Assembly: GCA_964035545.1 (NCBI GenBank) | Contig: OZ037769.1 | Coordinates: forward strand, 13,670,633 to 13,734,632 | Direction: 5' to 3' | Length of the DNA stretch: 64,000 nucleotides | Source of the DNA: Bugula neritina | Lineage: Eukaryota; Animalia; Bryozoa | Shown here: piece by piece, positions 24,601 to 36,600 of the stretch | How the letters are laid out: each line of letters starts with the position of its first letter | How positions within the stretch are numbered: the first letter of the stretch is position 1 | Position numbers and translations under genes: made by a program | The notes under the pieces: model-generated | Told to the model about the DNA's origin: nothing | The model's input: the letters and a program-made list of their open reading frames with translations, nothing else | The model's database searches: none

Positions 24601-26669
24601 TTGGAGTTGTTCCCTCTCAACAACAAACTGCAAGGAGCCAATAAATCTTTAAATATTGGGTTCACATGAATAAGCTACTGTATTTATATTTCCAGAAAAT
24701 GGAGTTGTGTAGAAGGCAGGCAGACATGTGTAATCCAAAATCAAATTAAAAATAACTTAGTGTCTTTGAAAGTAAAACTAGTAGTGACTGCAGGATTGTT
24801 TTGTCTATACTACAAATATTTAAAAGTGAGTTTGGTTCAGAATTTAGCTCAAGAACTTTAAATGCCATTAAGGAATCAACACTGGGTAAAGCCCACTAAA
24901 ATTATGAAAATTACCCCTTCCAAGGTGTCAAGTGCAAGGGCATGCATTAGGTAACAAAGGACAATGCATTCACTTCTGAGCTGAATTCCTTTGGTTTTAG
25001 CAGTATAATAACTGGGAAGTACTGACAGATGGTGTGTCATTCAATGAGAGTTGTGCTTTTATTGTTAATGCCCATGATTGACTGTTGTTACATAAGCTGA
25101 AGAATAGCTTCAAATGACTCAACAGTTATTATACTAGTTTCTTGAGATTTTTCAGCTTTGAAAAGGGCAATAGCCATAATGGTTTGAAGTGGGTAGAAAT
25201 AACTGGTAAGTAGACTATCAAGTCACTCACTCACAGTCCGAGAGTCACTCACCCACAGTTTGAGAGTCATCTAAAATGATCTCGTGTAGTCTATCTCTGT
25301 ATTGAGCATGGAAAGTTATGAGACGTCTGTGCACACCATATTCATCTACCGTTTCCCGGGACACACTTCCACGACCGCCAGATGTGCTGGGCATGTCATT
25401 GAATAGAGTTCTGGTGAGCAGAGAGGGAGGTTGACTAAGCTGATACTGAGTGCGCAACGCCTGTCTGGGACTTATGCCCGTTCCAGTTACGTCCAGCCCT
25501 CGCCCGTTAACACTGGCTGAAGCCTGGCGACAAAATCATGGACATGAGGTTATCATAAAAAGTTCAACTATTCTAATGCAAGGGGAGATTAAGCCGATGA
25601 AATGCGACAGTCAGAATTGTGGAAAACTTTCATATAGTCATGAATTCAGTTGTCAAAATAAGTTACAGCTACAAACTTGCATTGAGTTTGAAAAAAAAGA
25701 TGTAATTGCAGTAAAAGTTTTGACTGAACAATTATAAAAGTAATTTGTTCGTTTGTTTAAAAAATATAAAAATAGATTATCAATTGCCTTTAAAAAACTC
25801 AACCATAACCATCAATAATGTTTTGAAGAAACGTTGAACATCATTATCCTTAAAATTATATGGCTGAATGCATCATCTTACAATTGTTTTTCTGTAATTT
25901 GAATGAACTAAACATATTTATTAATAGGTTACGAAGCTAAGGATAAACATGCAATTTCATATTATATTTTTCAGCTTTACTAACGAAACACATCTATTAA
26001 TTTAGAGAGAACTACTGGTTACTTGCTATACAGGACAGTTTATAGTGTTTAGACTAAATCTACACAGGAGTACGTGGAACATTACACTTACCCCTTGCTC
26101 TATATTTGGACCCGGGTCATTATCGCCAGATATCACTAAGTTTATAGCAGCCTAGAAATGAATTTAGCAGATGATATAATAATTTATTTGAAGTCTCAAT
26201 AATTAATTTTAGTGATGACATCTCAACATTGTCAGCTACTATCACTGAAATTGATACTCCAGTCTAAAAATTAATCTGTCAAACTATCAATTCTTCACAG
26301 TAACGATGGGAGGGAACAAGAAAACACAGCAATAACCGTAGCAAAGTGCATAACAAATGCCACATTGTCTTTATCTAGATGTTGCTGCTGACGTATAATA
26401 TATAAAATTAGTATATTTTATAGCGACGTACTGTAAGATCCCAATCAGCACCTTCGAGTATTGCCAAAGCTGTTTCTATATCATCAACACTTGTGCATGC
26501 CTACAACAAAATGGACTACAGCTACACACACTTACAGGTTAATAACCTGTCAAGAAACTATGATTTTTTTTTATACAAAAATGCATGTTGCCTAAGAAGA
26601 TGGTAAAGTCGTACAAACCTGAAAATCCGCTAAAATCTTACTTCTGTTAGCGTCTGTATCAGCGTCCAT
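15645..26669 (-). CDS. FAF1: FAS-associated factor 1 (UBA, UBL-like x2, UAS, coiled coil, UBX; p97/VCP adaptor), ~693 aa
   Basis: 15 phase-consistent exons: 26669-26619, 26500-26432, 26151-26092, 25523-25253, 24385-24291, 23708-23496, 22798-22462, 21084-20936, 20303-20149, 19180-19081, 18074-17949, 17573-17493, 17067-16990, 16629-16414, 15725-15645. Motifs ILADFQACTSVDD..WDL, LLAVYIHHDES..NIFCQQVLC..WGWD, RLRFRCPDG..SRRF..TTFPRRD, LVPQETLILEAR* match FAF1. Confidence 0.96.
16159..16380 (+). mobile_element. tRNA-derived SINE, family 1, full length with 18-bp TSD
   Basis: A box GTGGTCTAGGGG, B box GGGTTTGAACC; perfect direct repeat ATGTGACTTGACTATCAC at 16141-16158 and 16381-16398. Confidence 0.93.
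16772..16821. repeat. 50-bp hairpin in FAF1 intron 13
   Basis: ATGACCCATTGAACTCTACTA / TAGTAGAGTTAAATGGGTCAT. Confidence 0.7.
17349..17505. repeat. 44-bp minisatellite (~3.5 copies) containing the FAF1 exon 12 donor
   Basis: TTATACTGTTACCTT(C/A/T)ACTCTGT...CTGAGCACATAATAGAGA units. Confidence 0.93.
19236..19440. repeat. ~43-bp minisatellite
   Basis: TAGAACTACATAGCAGATGTAATGTTTATATTATATAGCTGTA units. Confidence 0.92.
19630..19797. repeat. 30-bp minisatellite (~5.5 copies)
   Basis: TAAATGGTGGGCCAAATAATGGTGAGTTA(C/T) units inside FAF1 intron 9. Confidence 0.95.
20317..20445. repeat. 17-bp minisatellite abutting the FAF1 exon 9 acceptor
   Basis: CATTATCATTATATATA units. Confidence 0.9.
21089..22285. 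repeat. 29-bp minisatellite array interrupted by a foldback element
   Basis: TAAATACTCTATATATATTATCATATCAA units at 21089-21808, resuming at 22231-22285. Confidence 0.95.
21819..22230. mobile_element. ~410-bp palindromic (foldback/MITE-like) element
   Basis: ~200-bp inverted arms (CATTTTACTTAATTTAGTACACACTGG / CCAGTGTGTACTAAATTAAGTAAAATG) around a loop of about 10 nt near 22025. Confidence 0.85.
23950..24296. repeat. 22-bp minisatellite running into the FAF1 exon 5 donor
   Basis: CAGTAATGCTATATACATTATC units. Confidence 0.95.
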
Positions 26670-28540
26670 TTTAACTTGTGTTACGGAACTGGCAATAATA
26701 TTACTGATATTGATTAGCAACACGGGCTCAGGTTATGTCTGAAAATCAACAAACAGTTTAAAATTATTTGTCTCTAAGAGAAAAATAAGGGCAAATGTGG
26801 CACTTTATGTAAGCCAGTTAAATGATTAGGGCCTAAATAGTTCAAAAATTTACTCTTAGAAACAATTGCATAGTATCTAACAGTGTTGAAAGTGAAATTA
26901 AAAACATAGCATAATAAATTGTATTAACAGTTCCATGTATGATAATGCAAACAATTATAAATAGATAAATAATGATGAGCGCAAAATTAAAATAATAAAT
27001 ACATAATAATAATTCAATCACTTGAAGTTGAAGTCAAAATAATATTAATTACATGAGAACAAAGATAGAAAACTAATAAATAGCAATACTAATAGTAAAT
27101 GCAATACTTATACTAGACTAAATTCAAGTCAGAGAGCGAGGGTCACACTAAATCTCTTAAAGTTACTTTCACTTTCAGTGTTACACTTACTGTTACTGTT
27201 AGTGACTAACGCTAATTTTACCAGTGAAAGAAAGACTAACTCTAAGCTTAAGCTAACTTGAAACTGAAAGTACAAAATTGAGTCTAGCTCTAACTGTAAC
27301 TTTCACTTCAAAATTAACAATAATTCATTGTGATTGTGATTAACATTAGTCTTTAAGTTTAAGTGATTAACTCATTAAGTTTGACTCATAAAGTGATAAA
27401 ATAAACATTAGGTTTAACAATAATTCATTAATTGGTTCAACAGCCAAGTTCAACTTGAACTTCAACTTTTACTTCAAGTTCAACTGTTTTAAATTGAATT
27501 TGATTCTTACAAAGAATCTAAATCTAAAAAATGAACTGAACTGATATTAATTTGAAAGTAAAAAACTCCGGAGTTTCTCTTGTTCAGTTTCTACTTCACC
27601 ATTTGTCCTTTCAGTTTCATTAAATTCCCTAAAATGATGAAGCGTCATTGTTGAATTAATGACGGCTTTTGCGAGTGCTACAATGCAAAATAAAGATTGT
27701 ATAAAGACGTCAAGCAAATACTTTGATACTTTACTGGGCGTTTACAAAGGTCGCCGTAAGTATTACACTGCAGTTCAAGCTCTATAAATGGCTTTACTAG
27801 TTAACATGCAGGTAGATTTTTTTGTCATTTGATAACATGAGATGTTAAACCGACAGCGAGTTGATCATGGACTAAATAAATTTGCAGGTTGCTCTGTATT
27901 TAAAAGTGAAATTAAAACCTAAGCCAAAGGGCATAGGGTGATGGCAAAGGCTGTGTCATTTAGGATAATTATTACGCTATCACTGACACTAAGACAATTT
28001 TTAGTTTACACGGTTAAATATCTCATTTTTGTGTCACCGAAACAGTTTAATAAGAAGCATAAAAAGTATAATAATAATATTAATAATTGGTTTTATTGTC
28101 ACACTCAGACTCACGGTCACTGTCAGAATTAGAATACCATCATCACTATGATTATCAATATCATGATTATGATTATTAGTATTATATTCATATTGATAAT
28201 CATAATTAATTGCGATTATCATTATCAACTCATTATCAATATGAATATCATTATGATTATAATTATTATATTTATTGTGGTAATGATATTCATATTTATA
28301 TTAATATGATATTGATTGTCAATATGAATATGTTCGGTTTGAAGATCAAAATTTTAAAGTTGAGTTGAGTTTCTAATACTGTAATATTAATTGTAATAGT
28401 AATACTAGCCCTTAGGTATAGTACTAGTAGTACTACCACTAGTACTAGTACTAATAATAATACTAATAGGGACTATACCTAGTAGTATTACCAATACCAC
28501 TATCTATGGCTATACTCGGACTATACTCATACTCATACTT

Positions 28541-28860
28541 GGAGACAAGTCATCTTGATTTTGCACACTAGTCGTTTTGTATCAACTTTTTCAGGTCATT
28601 TCGTACACATCAATATAAATTAACTAAAATACAGTTTTGTTATATATATTTATTATTTTATGTATGAGTCATACAGTACTTCTCACATTTCATTTAGCAG
28701 TAGGAAAAGGAAACAGTGCTGAGAGAGCGGAGGGGGGGGGGGAGATACTGATAGAGAGAACTAGCACGCAATTGTTATAAATAAGTGAATTAGTATCATT
28801 CAAGTTGTTATCCAGTGGATTAATTTATTTTTCATTTTGTGTACGAAACGACCGCAACCC
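28541..28860. mobile_element. Possible non-autonomous DNA transposon remnant
   Basis: GGTCATTTCGTACACA near the left end is inverted as TGTGTACGAAACGACC near the right end; inserted in a low-complexity tract; no clear TSD. Confidence 0.45.
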
Positions 28861-30349
28861 GTTATACTCATCCTGGCACTAGTAATACTACTACTACCAC
28901 TTTTACGTGGTAGTAGTAGTATTAGTAGTAGTACTAGGCCTACTACTAATACTAAGTCTAATAATAATAGTAATGACTGTTATACTAATGCAGTAATACT
29001 AATACTTGTAGTTATAGTTATAGAGTCATGCCAATTAAATTATTAGTAATACTAATCCTATTACTAATAGAAATTAAGTCATTGACTACTGTTAGTCATA
29101 GTTATACAAGTTTATACTTTTAGTTGTACTCACACTTTTAGCTATAAGTTATAGAGTATCAGTGTCACTATCTGTATCACAAATATTAATGTAATTATTT
29201 TAATAGTGATTACTTGGAGTGTAGGTTTGAGTATGTTTATTGCATTCTTTTGTAATAAACTTTTTACTACAAACTTTCTTTTAACATCAGTATACATGGT
29301 CAAGAAATTAGCATGTCTCCAGTAGGTTTAAACCCTTACAGTACCAACTTTTTCAGCAGTGAGGAGTAAGCTCCTATTCGTTATTCTATTAGGCCAACGT
29401 TACACAGGGAGAGCTTACACTTCAACTAAATATTATAGAAAATAACAAATAACAAGCCATCGATGGAGTTTCATCCTTTATAATACAAACTTTCTTGTAA
29501 ATGAGCTTTTATTTTATACACCATGTGCCTCATCTTTATTTTTGCAACAATTAGCCCAAAGAACTGCATATAATGCACCTTCAATTATATCCACCCTACT
29601 TTCTATTGTATAGAAGCTTGTCTTTAAAAAGTTTTGCAAACTTATTGAAAAGCATTACGCAGGTGTATATCATTCGAGTGGACAAAACAATCACAAATTA
29701 GTAACATAGGGTTTTTAATGAATTTGAGTAGATAAATTAGTATGTTTTAGATGGTTTCTGTTACATCAACAGTTTGGTTAAGTTAGTTTTTACACCATGC
29801 CCCTTGCGTTTATATTTTTCCCTCAGGAATATAGTATGAGTTTATAATACAATAATAATCTGCTTATAATCTGTCAATTAGGCTACGAACTAATTTTGAA
29901 CTCTGTAAGTAATTTTTGGCAACTTTCCTTTTTAGAAGATTTTTTTAGTTTTCTTTGTTTTCAAGGGCGACATGCATGTAACCATAAAGAAAAATTATTT
30001 TATCTGACGAAACACATAATTAAGACAGCTAAAAAAAATTTATATACATTATTGGTAAAAGAGCTTTAAAAATATTTGCAGAAACTAAGTTGCAGAAAAT
30101 CTATGTAGTAATAACTTTTTTGCTTTTTGCAACTCCCTAAAACAACAAAGTTAAATATCCCATTAATTTACTTGTTTTAATCTTTGTTTATGCTGCATGT
30201 TTGTACGCTCAACCTTCAAAAGAGAAGACGATTCCTAATATCTATTGTACCAACTTTATTGTCTATCCTGTTGCTTGATTAATGTTTTCATTTTGAACTT
30301 TAGATTCGCACCTATAAGTGTGTTGAGGCTGTAGAAGTAATAGCTCAGT

Positions 30350-33320
30350 ATGCTTCCTTCTACTGCCGCAAGAGTTATCCCATCCTGGCACAGGTGAGAC
30401 ATTAAATAACTAATTTACTTAATTTTTTGTACTGTGTGACACTTGATCTTGGCACAATCATTCTGTTTTTGTCACAAGTTTTGCTGTCCGTCTGATTACT
30501 GAACATAAAACTGCATGCAGGTGAATGTTTACTGTATTTTCGTAGATTCTATACATAAATTTCGTGACTATGCTGTTGATAGCGCAAAAAATTACGAATT
30601 TATTTTAATTTTTACGAATATTTTTCTGCTTATATAATATATTCTTCTTCATGTTTTATTGTTACGTATAATAGTTGTTTAGAATGTTGATCCTGCTTAA
30701 TTCCAGATGTACCTGTTTTGATGCTAAAACATTATTTTTATCAAAGTTGTCATTACATTGAAATTTTATTGTTCTGTGGAGAGTAAACTATTAGCTAATA
30801 ATTAATAACTGTTGTTTTTAGATTCAATTTGATGCACAAATTTAATATAAAATTGTCCAATATAAAATTTCTAATCATGTTACCTGCTTCTTGGTAACAC
30901 CTTTTAATAGTATTTTTATTACAAGTAAACTTAATTGTTTGAATATACACAAGTTAAAGAGTTTCCCAGCACCAATCCACCTCCACTGTAGATTAATTTA
31001 GTTCCTTGCATTTCAGCCCCCAGTCACTAAATTTACTAGTGCATAAAATGTAAGCTTGTGCACCGTTTTGTTAATTTGTTTCATTTGCTTTAGAGTTGTC
31101 TCCACAACTGGACGGGTACTTTGGGCGGCTCCTGCCGAGAATATTCACACTACTGCTGCATTATGGTACGGATACTTCTATACTAGCTTGTAAACTAGCA
31201 TTCTAAAAACACATTTATGTGATCATCATGTTTGGCAAATGTTTAATGTTGTGATACCCGTAGAGTTATCTTCTCTCACCTCAATGGAAGGATAACTTCA
31301 ACCTTTCTGGCATATTTAATGTTTGTAGTGGAGCTCCTATGAGGAAGAAGAAGCGTGCGGATCCCGCCCTGCAAAAGATGCAGCTGGATCGAAAGAAGAA
31401 ACGTCTAGAGAAACAAATAAGACTGGCTTCCAGGTTTGCCAAGAAGTTGAAACCAATAGACGAGTGTGAGATTCACAGAGATATACCTAAAAACTCGCAG
31501 TAAGGATTTTGGTTATGTAATAATTCAAATAAAGATGCTTGTGTGAGGAGGGGTTATCAGATGCACTGTTTTTCAAGTAGCCTACTTGTATCTCTTAGGC
31601 TATTTGTGTGTGAGTCGTTCTAGCTTGCGAAGCTAATGTGTAATGAATTACAACCTCCATAGTAGCCATTAGATGGGCTAAGATTTGTTCTAAAAGTTGG
31701 AAATGTTAGAGGTAAATAAGGGTTCTGTGGATTATTTTGCGGGAAGCATCTAAAGAGTTACTTACCATATTTTATACTGTCAATACTGGATATCTTGACT
31801 GACGTGTGAATTTAAATGTCTCATGTATGTTTTATGCTGAAAGTTATAGACTACTTTGCAAGCTGCATGAAACTGGTGGCGGAGGTTAATTAAGTCTTGT
31901 TTCAGTAATACTGAAAATATTTTTGAGCCTATCTAATTTTCTTTAGTAAAAATAGTAAAATTATGCCAGTAAAATATGTCAAATTGATTTAACCAATATT
32001 TTTGTTTTATATATGTCAGTTTAGGCATATTTCAGCAGCTTCAACGTGGAATATGTTAAAAAAGTAGTTTAAATTTTTATCACTATTTCATCTTTTTGAA
32101 TTTTAATTTTATCACTAATTTAGATTTAAAGTATTACATGTGCCGTCAAGTGCTATGCTAAGATCAGTAATCTAAATCTCTCCATCTATCCACAGCAGCA
32201 CATCTGCTTGCTCTGTAGATGCTGCCTAACAGTCAACAATATGTTTTATTTTCATGCTTTTCTGGTATTTAGTAATTATTTCTCTCAGTTACAACACATT
32301 TTGTTTCCACTTGCACAGCCTTAGGACCTCAGAACCAGATATAGAGGTACAGGAGGAGCAGGTGCGGCGTCTCCAACTGAGGCTGGAATGGACGCAGTAT
32401 AAGGCTAAGCAGAGTAGACAAATTACGAGGAAGTTTGATGCTATGATAACTGCCCAGGAGGCTGCATTGAGGGAGTTGAAATTAGAGAATCTCAGTCTAT
32501 ATGAGTTGGCAGTTGAGGTATTAGTTCCTTCTCTCTCTGTGGTATTATGGGGAGGGGGAAGTTTGGATAGTATTTATATCAATTCAATACTTGGATGTGA
32601 AAAGAATTGTTTTAGTATTTTGTAGGTGTATTGTGGTATATGGGTGCGTGTTGGCATATTAGTCTATATGGCAGTAAATTTATAAATAGTATTATATTGG
32701 TATGAATGGTAGCATATTGGTATATATGGTAGTGCATTGGTGTATATTATGGTATTATATTGGTATAAATAGTATTGTATTGGTATAAATAGTAGTATAT
32801 TGGTATAAATGATAGTATCCTGTTATATATGGTAGTGGGTTGGTGTATATGGTGGTATATTGGTATAAATAGTATTATATTGGTATAAATAGTATTATAT
32901 TGGTATAAATAGTATTATATTGGTATATATGGTGGTATATTGATATGAATGATAGTATATCAGTGTATTGTGCTATATAGGTGTACTGTTATTGTTATAT
33001 ATGGGGGTTTACGGTATTACCAGCAAGTTGTCACAAAGCACTGTGAAGTGACTTTTTTAATATTGAAACTTTAAGTATTGTGTTGACACAAGTTTTTCTG
33101 ACAGCTTCATAAAGATTGGTGTAATTATTTTCTGGTTATTCTCTTTTAGAAAGATGTAGAGTTACTTCCTTACAAATTTGTTGGGCCCTGCGAGACGCCA
33201 CCCATCCCCGGTCACTTGCTGGATGGAAACTATACAGAAACTACCAAGTCGTATGAACTCGATCCTGAAATTGTTAAATTGATGTTGGACAAAAATGAGA
33301 GAATACGACATCAGAAGTAA
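30350..33320 (+). CDS. MRPL40: 39S mitochondrial ribosomal protein L40 (mL40), ~218 aa
   Basis: Exons 30350-30393, 31094-31165, 31329-31499, 32319-32517, 33150-33320, phase-consistent. Motifs PMRKKKRADP, LKPIDE, WTQYK, AQEAALRELKLE, LLPYKFVGPCETPPIPG..DGNYTETTK are typical of mL40; the N-terminus resembles a mitochondrial presequence. Confidence 0.94.
32680..32960. repeat. Degenerate 20-bp minisatellite
   Basis: TATTGGTATAAATAGTATTA units in MRPL40 intron 4. Confidence 0.85.
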
Positions 33321-33636
33321 AAGCAACGTTTTCAAATGTTGTAGCTATAAAACTGTGTCTGTGTGTACAATATTAGCACTGTACTTTTACCGATTGTTGA
33401 TTTTATAATGGGTAGTAGTGTTTTGTACATATGCAGAAGAAAGAAACCTTTTCTTTATTTAGGAGAAAATAATTTTGTGAGCAACTTCAAAATACAATAA
33501 TATTATAGTAGAATGTCTGATATAGATACACTGTACTCTTTTTACAATAACTTATCATTGATCTATAAAAATTGATTTTATTAAAAGTTTGTTCAGCTTA
33601 GCAAAGTAAAAGCATTATGTAATTTAACTTCACAGC

Positions 33637-36600
33637 TCAAAAGGCTTGCATTTCATCTCCATATGTTGGGTTGTCAAAGCCCAGGTCTACTTCACCACCA
33701 TCATTCACATTGTCGTACTGTACAAATGATTTTCTTTTTCTACAATCACGATAAACACGAAACTTTAGCGAATAATAAATTCTGTTTACGGAACAGCATT
33801 CTATAGAAGGAAGTATGTATATTCACTCTGGCAAACTTTCCAACAGCCATACCTGCGCTGAATGATGACTACAGCCACCACGATTCCACCTATAGAAATC
33901 GTCAACACGACTACAATCGCCCATACATAAGCTGGCGTTGTCTCTAAAATATACACACATGGAACTTTAATAAACAGCATATTATTTTCCATTAATTTTG
34001 CAGTAAAATACATTAGTATATAGAACTAACATGTGAAAAGTTGTGGCAGATTGATAAGGGATTAACTGTTGATTTTGATGCAGAAGTAAAACTTACTTGT
34101 AGTTCCGACTTTACTTTTACCACTAATATCTTGCGCTTTATCTGTAGGTTTGGCGTGTAGGGTAGACGATTCCTGTTTAGTTTGTGAAGGTTTCTCTGTG
34201 ACAGTTGATGTTGACAATGTCCCTGCTTTGTTAGTCGGATCTGTTGCTGTGGAAGGTCTTGTTGAGAGAGTCTGCACGGACTTTTTTGTTGTCATAGTAA
34301 CTGAAGGAGTTGCTTTCTCAGTTGTGATAGAGGGAGTTGAAGGCCTGGTTGAAGCCGTTTTTGCTGTAGTTGATGGAGCTGGTGTAGCATCACTTATGGT
34401 CACAGCGAATCCTTTCTTTTGAATTAGGGAGTCACTTCGAAATATTACGAGAAATTTAGTTGAAACGGATATCAGGGTGGAATAAGGAGATGTAGTGCCA
34501 CACAGTGTCAACGAGCTTCCTATTCTCAAACTGTCATGTCTGCAAGACGCAGAATCCTCCAGGTCCAGTATTCTGATAGTTACCTAAAGTATGCATGTCA
34601 CCCAGAGTTTAGAGAGAAGAATTGTATTGAATCTTTTTACAATTTACTATCGAATGATTTATAGGAGCATAATATTTCGTTGAAGTTTGTGAAAAACTCA
34701 TGTCCTAACTTCAAATTCAGCTTTGAAACTCCAAAAAGTAATTTCAAGAATGTTTTGTTGTGAACTACTTTAGAAAGGTATATAACAAATATAAGCTATG
34801 CTACTGCACAGTTGACCCTGCATTGTGGCATATATTTTCAGTTTTGTTCAAGCCATGATTTGTTTCCTATGAATGCTTTAAAGTTTATAAAATAACTATC
34901 TGAGAATGATGCAACTAAACTTATTAGATCAACTATAGCTCTATTTCATTATAGATAGAAGCGGAAATGCAGCTTTTTAATAATGGTTATCAAGTTAAAA
35001 TCTAATTTGTAGCATATTGAGAGGTTGCTTTACTGATCATGGGTTAGCCAACTACCAAAATCAGCATTAATATCATAAACCAGTGTAGTGTTGAGTTGAC
35101 CCAGTGGTCCTCATGGTGTGATGGTTAGCACACTTGCTTGCAAGCTGGAGGTCTTGGGTTCGTATCTCAGTGGGGGCAAAATTATTTTACAACCAGCAAC
35201 AAAAATTCTTTTGGGGATCGCTAAATGAAGCACTAAGTTTAGAGTCACTGAACGCAGTCTATTTAGGTATACACCTCACCTGAACTACCGCAAACCCAGT
35301 GACCCCACAATTTGTGCTGCATCAAGCGATTTCCCAAACACTCACATTTATACTTGTGGCGGAAGGAACGTCTATTGTTACATAACAATCACGCTGATTG
35401 GCTGGATAGACTCCATTGGACAGCAGTCCTGGGCTCATTATGTGTGCAGGCAGCTGGGTGATGTTCTTGTATACTCCAGGCTGACAGATGTCAATAAAGA
35501 CGAGTGGCTGATAGCGAATAACAAATGAAGACTGTGGACTAACAGTGTGTTGAGAGTAAGTTAGGGTTGTACTTTGAGGTCCCCAAAACTCGAAAGTATC
35601 GACATTCCTGTAACAAATATATACTCTAGGTCCTAGCTATACATGTATTATAGACCTACATACATGCAGTTCAGTACTCTACTCAATAAGTTTAATTCAA
35701 ATGGCATATAGAAATAGGAATCAAATAGCAAACTTGAAGGGTTGTGTTCTCTTTCAGGCATTAAACATAATATTTGTTGCTGGCTTGAACAGCTAATAAT
35801 TAGGAGGTGCTTTTCAGCTAAGTTCTCACAACTGCAATAGTTTGACCCTGGAGTTGTATATACAGTATGCCAAAATTATAGCAAAACTATAACTCTTATA
35901 AATATAAAGAAAGTGTAATACTGCAGCCACACTATTATTTCAAAAATATTCCCTTATCATATTTCTACCAACAATAGTTATTAAAAGTAATAAAAAAGTG
36001 GTCAATAGAGTTTAAACACTGATTGTTGAAAACTAAAACATATTTATTAAGGTAAATGTACAATTTCTTCTGCAATATATTATCATTTATTGTTACACTT
36101 AAGCCATGCTGCATTACTACTTACTGTTTGTTAGCGCAAGATGTTGTATTGTCTCCTACGCTTAGCTGCGTATCATCACAATCTCTCATACCATCAGCTT
36201 GGTGAACAGATATTAGAGCTAGGTCATATCCCCCTAGCTGCATTTGACAGGATGCTACAGTGTGGGAGTTAGTAAAGGGGTACCCCGGTCCTGATATGTT
36301 GTAGAAAGTTGTTGTAGCAGAGGGGTACACTACTATCCTTGTTGCACCACACATGTCTACCTGATCCTTCTTCAACACTCCTATAAAGTATTCTGATTAT
36401 AGTTATTTATACGCAAAAATATGCTATCGGTTATTATAATGCTGACATTGCTATATTTTTGATGTGCTACCACGCTCCAATATTTAAGGTGTGTAACGAA
36501 TTGTAGCATTGAACAAGGATACTTTAGTGTATGCATAGGTAAACTATCTGTTATTAAAATTTTTAAAGGCAATTGATTTTATTTTATTCAGTTGAGTATG

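Noticed and set aside
35100-35186. Functional tRNA gene (also 2003-2085 and the SINE heads)
   Set aside because: Acceptor and anticodon stems pair poorly, copies diverge and share non-tRNA flanks, as expected of SINE-type repeats
35280-35345. Longer CUB exon using the donor at 35279
   Set aside because: In-frame TGA; the donor at 35345 gives the correct phase
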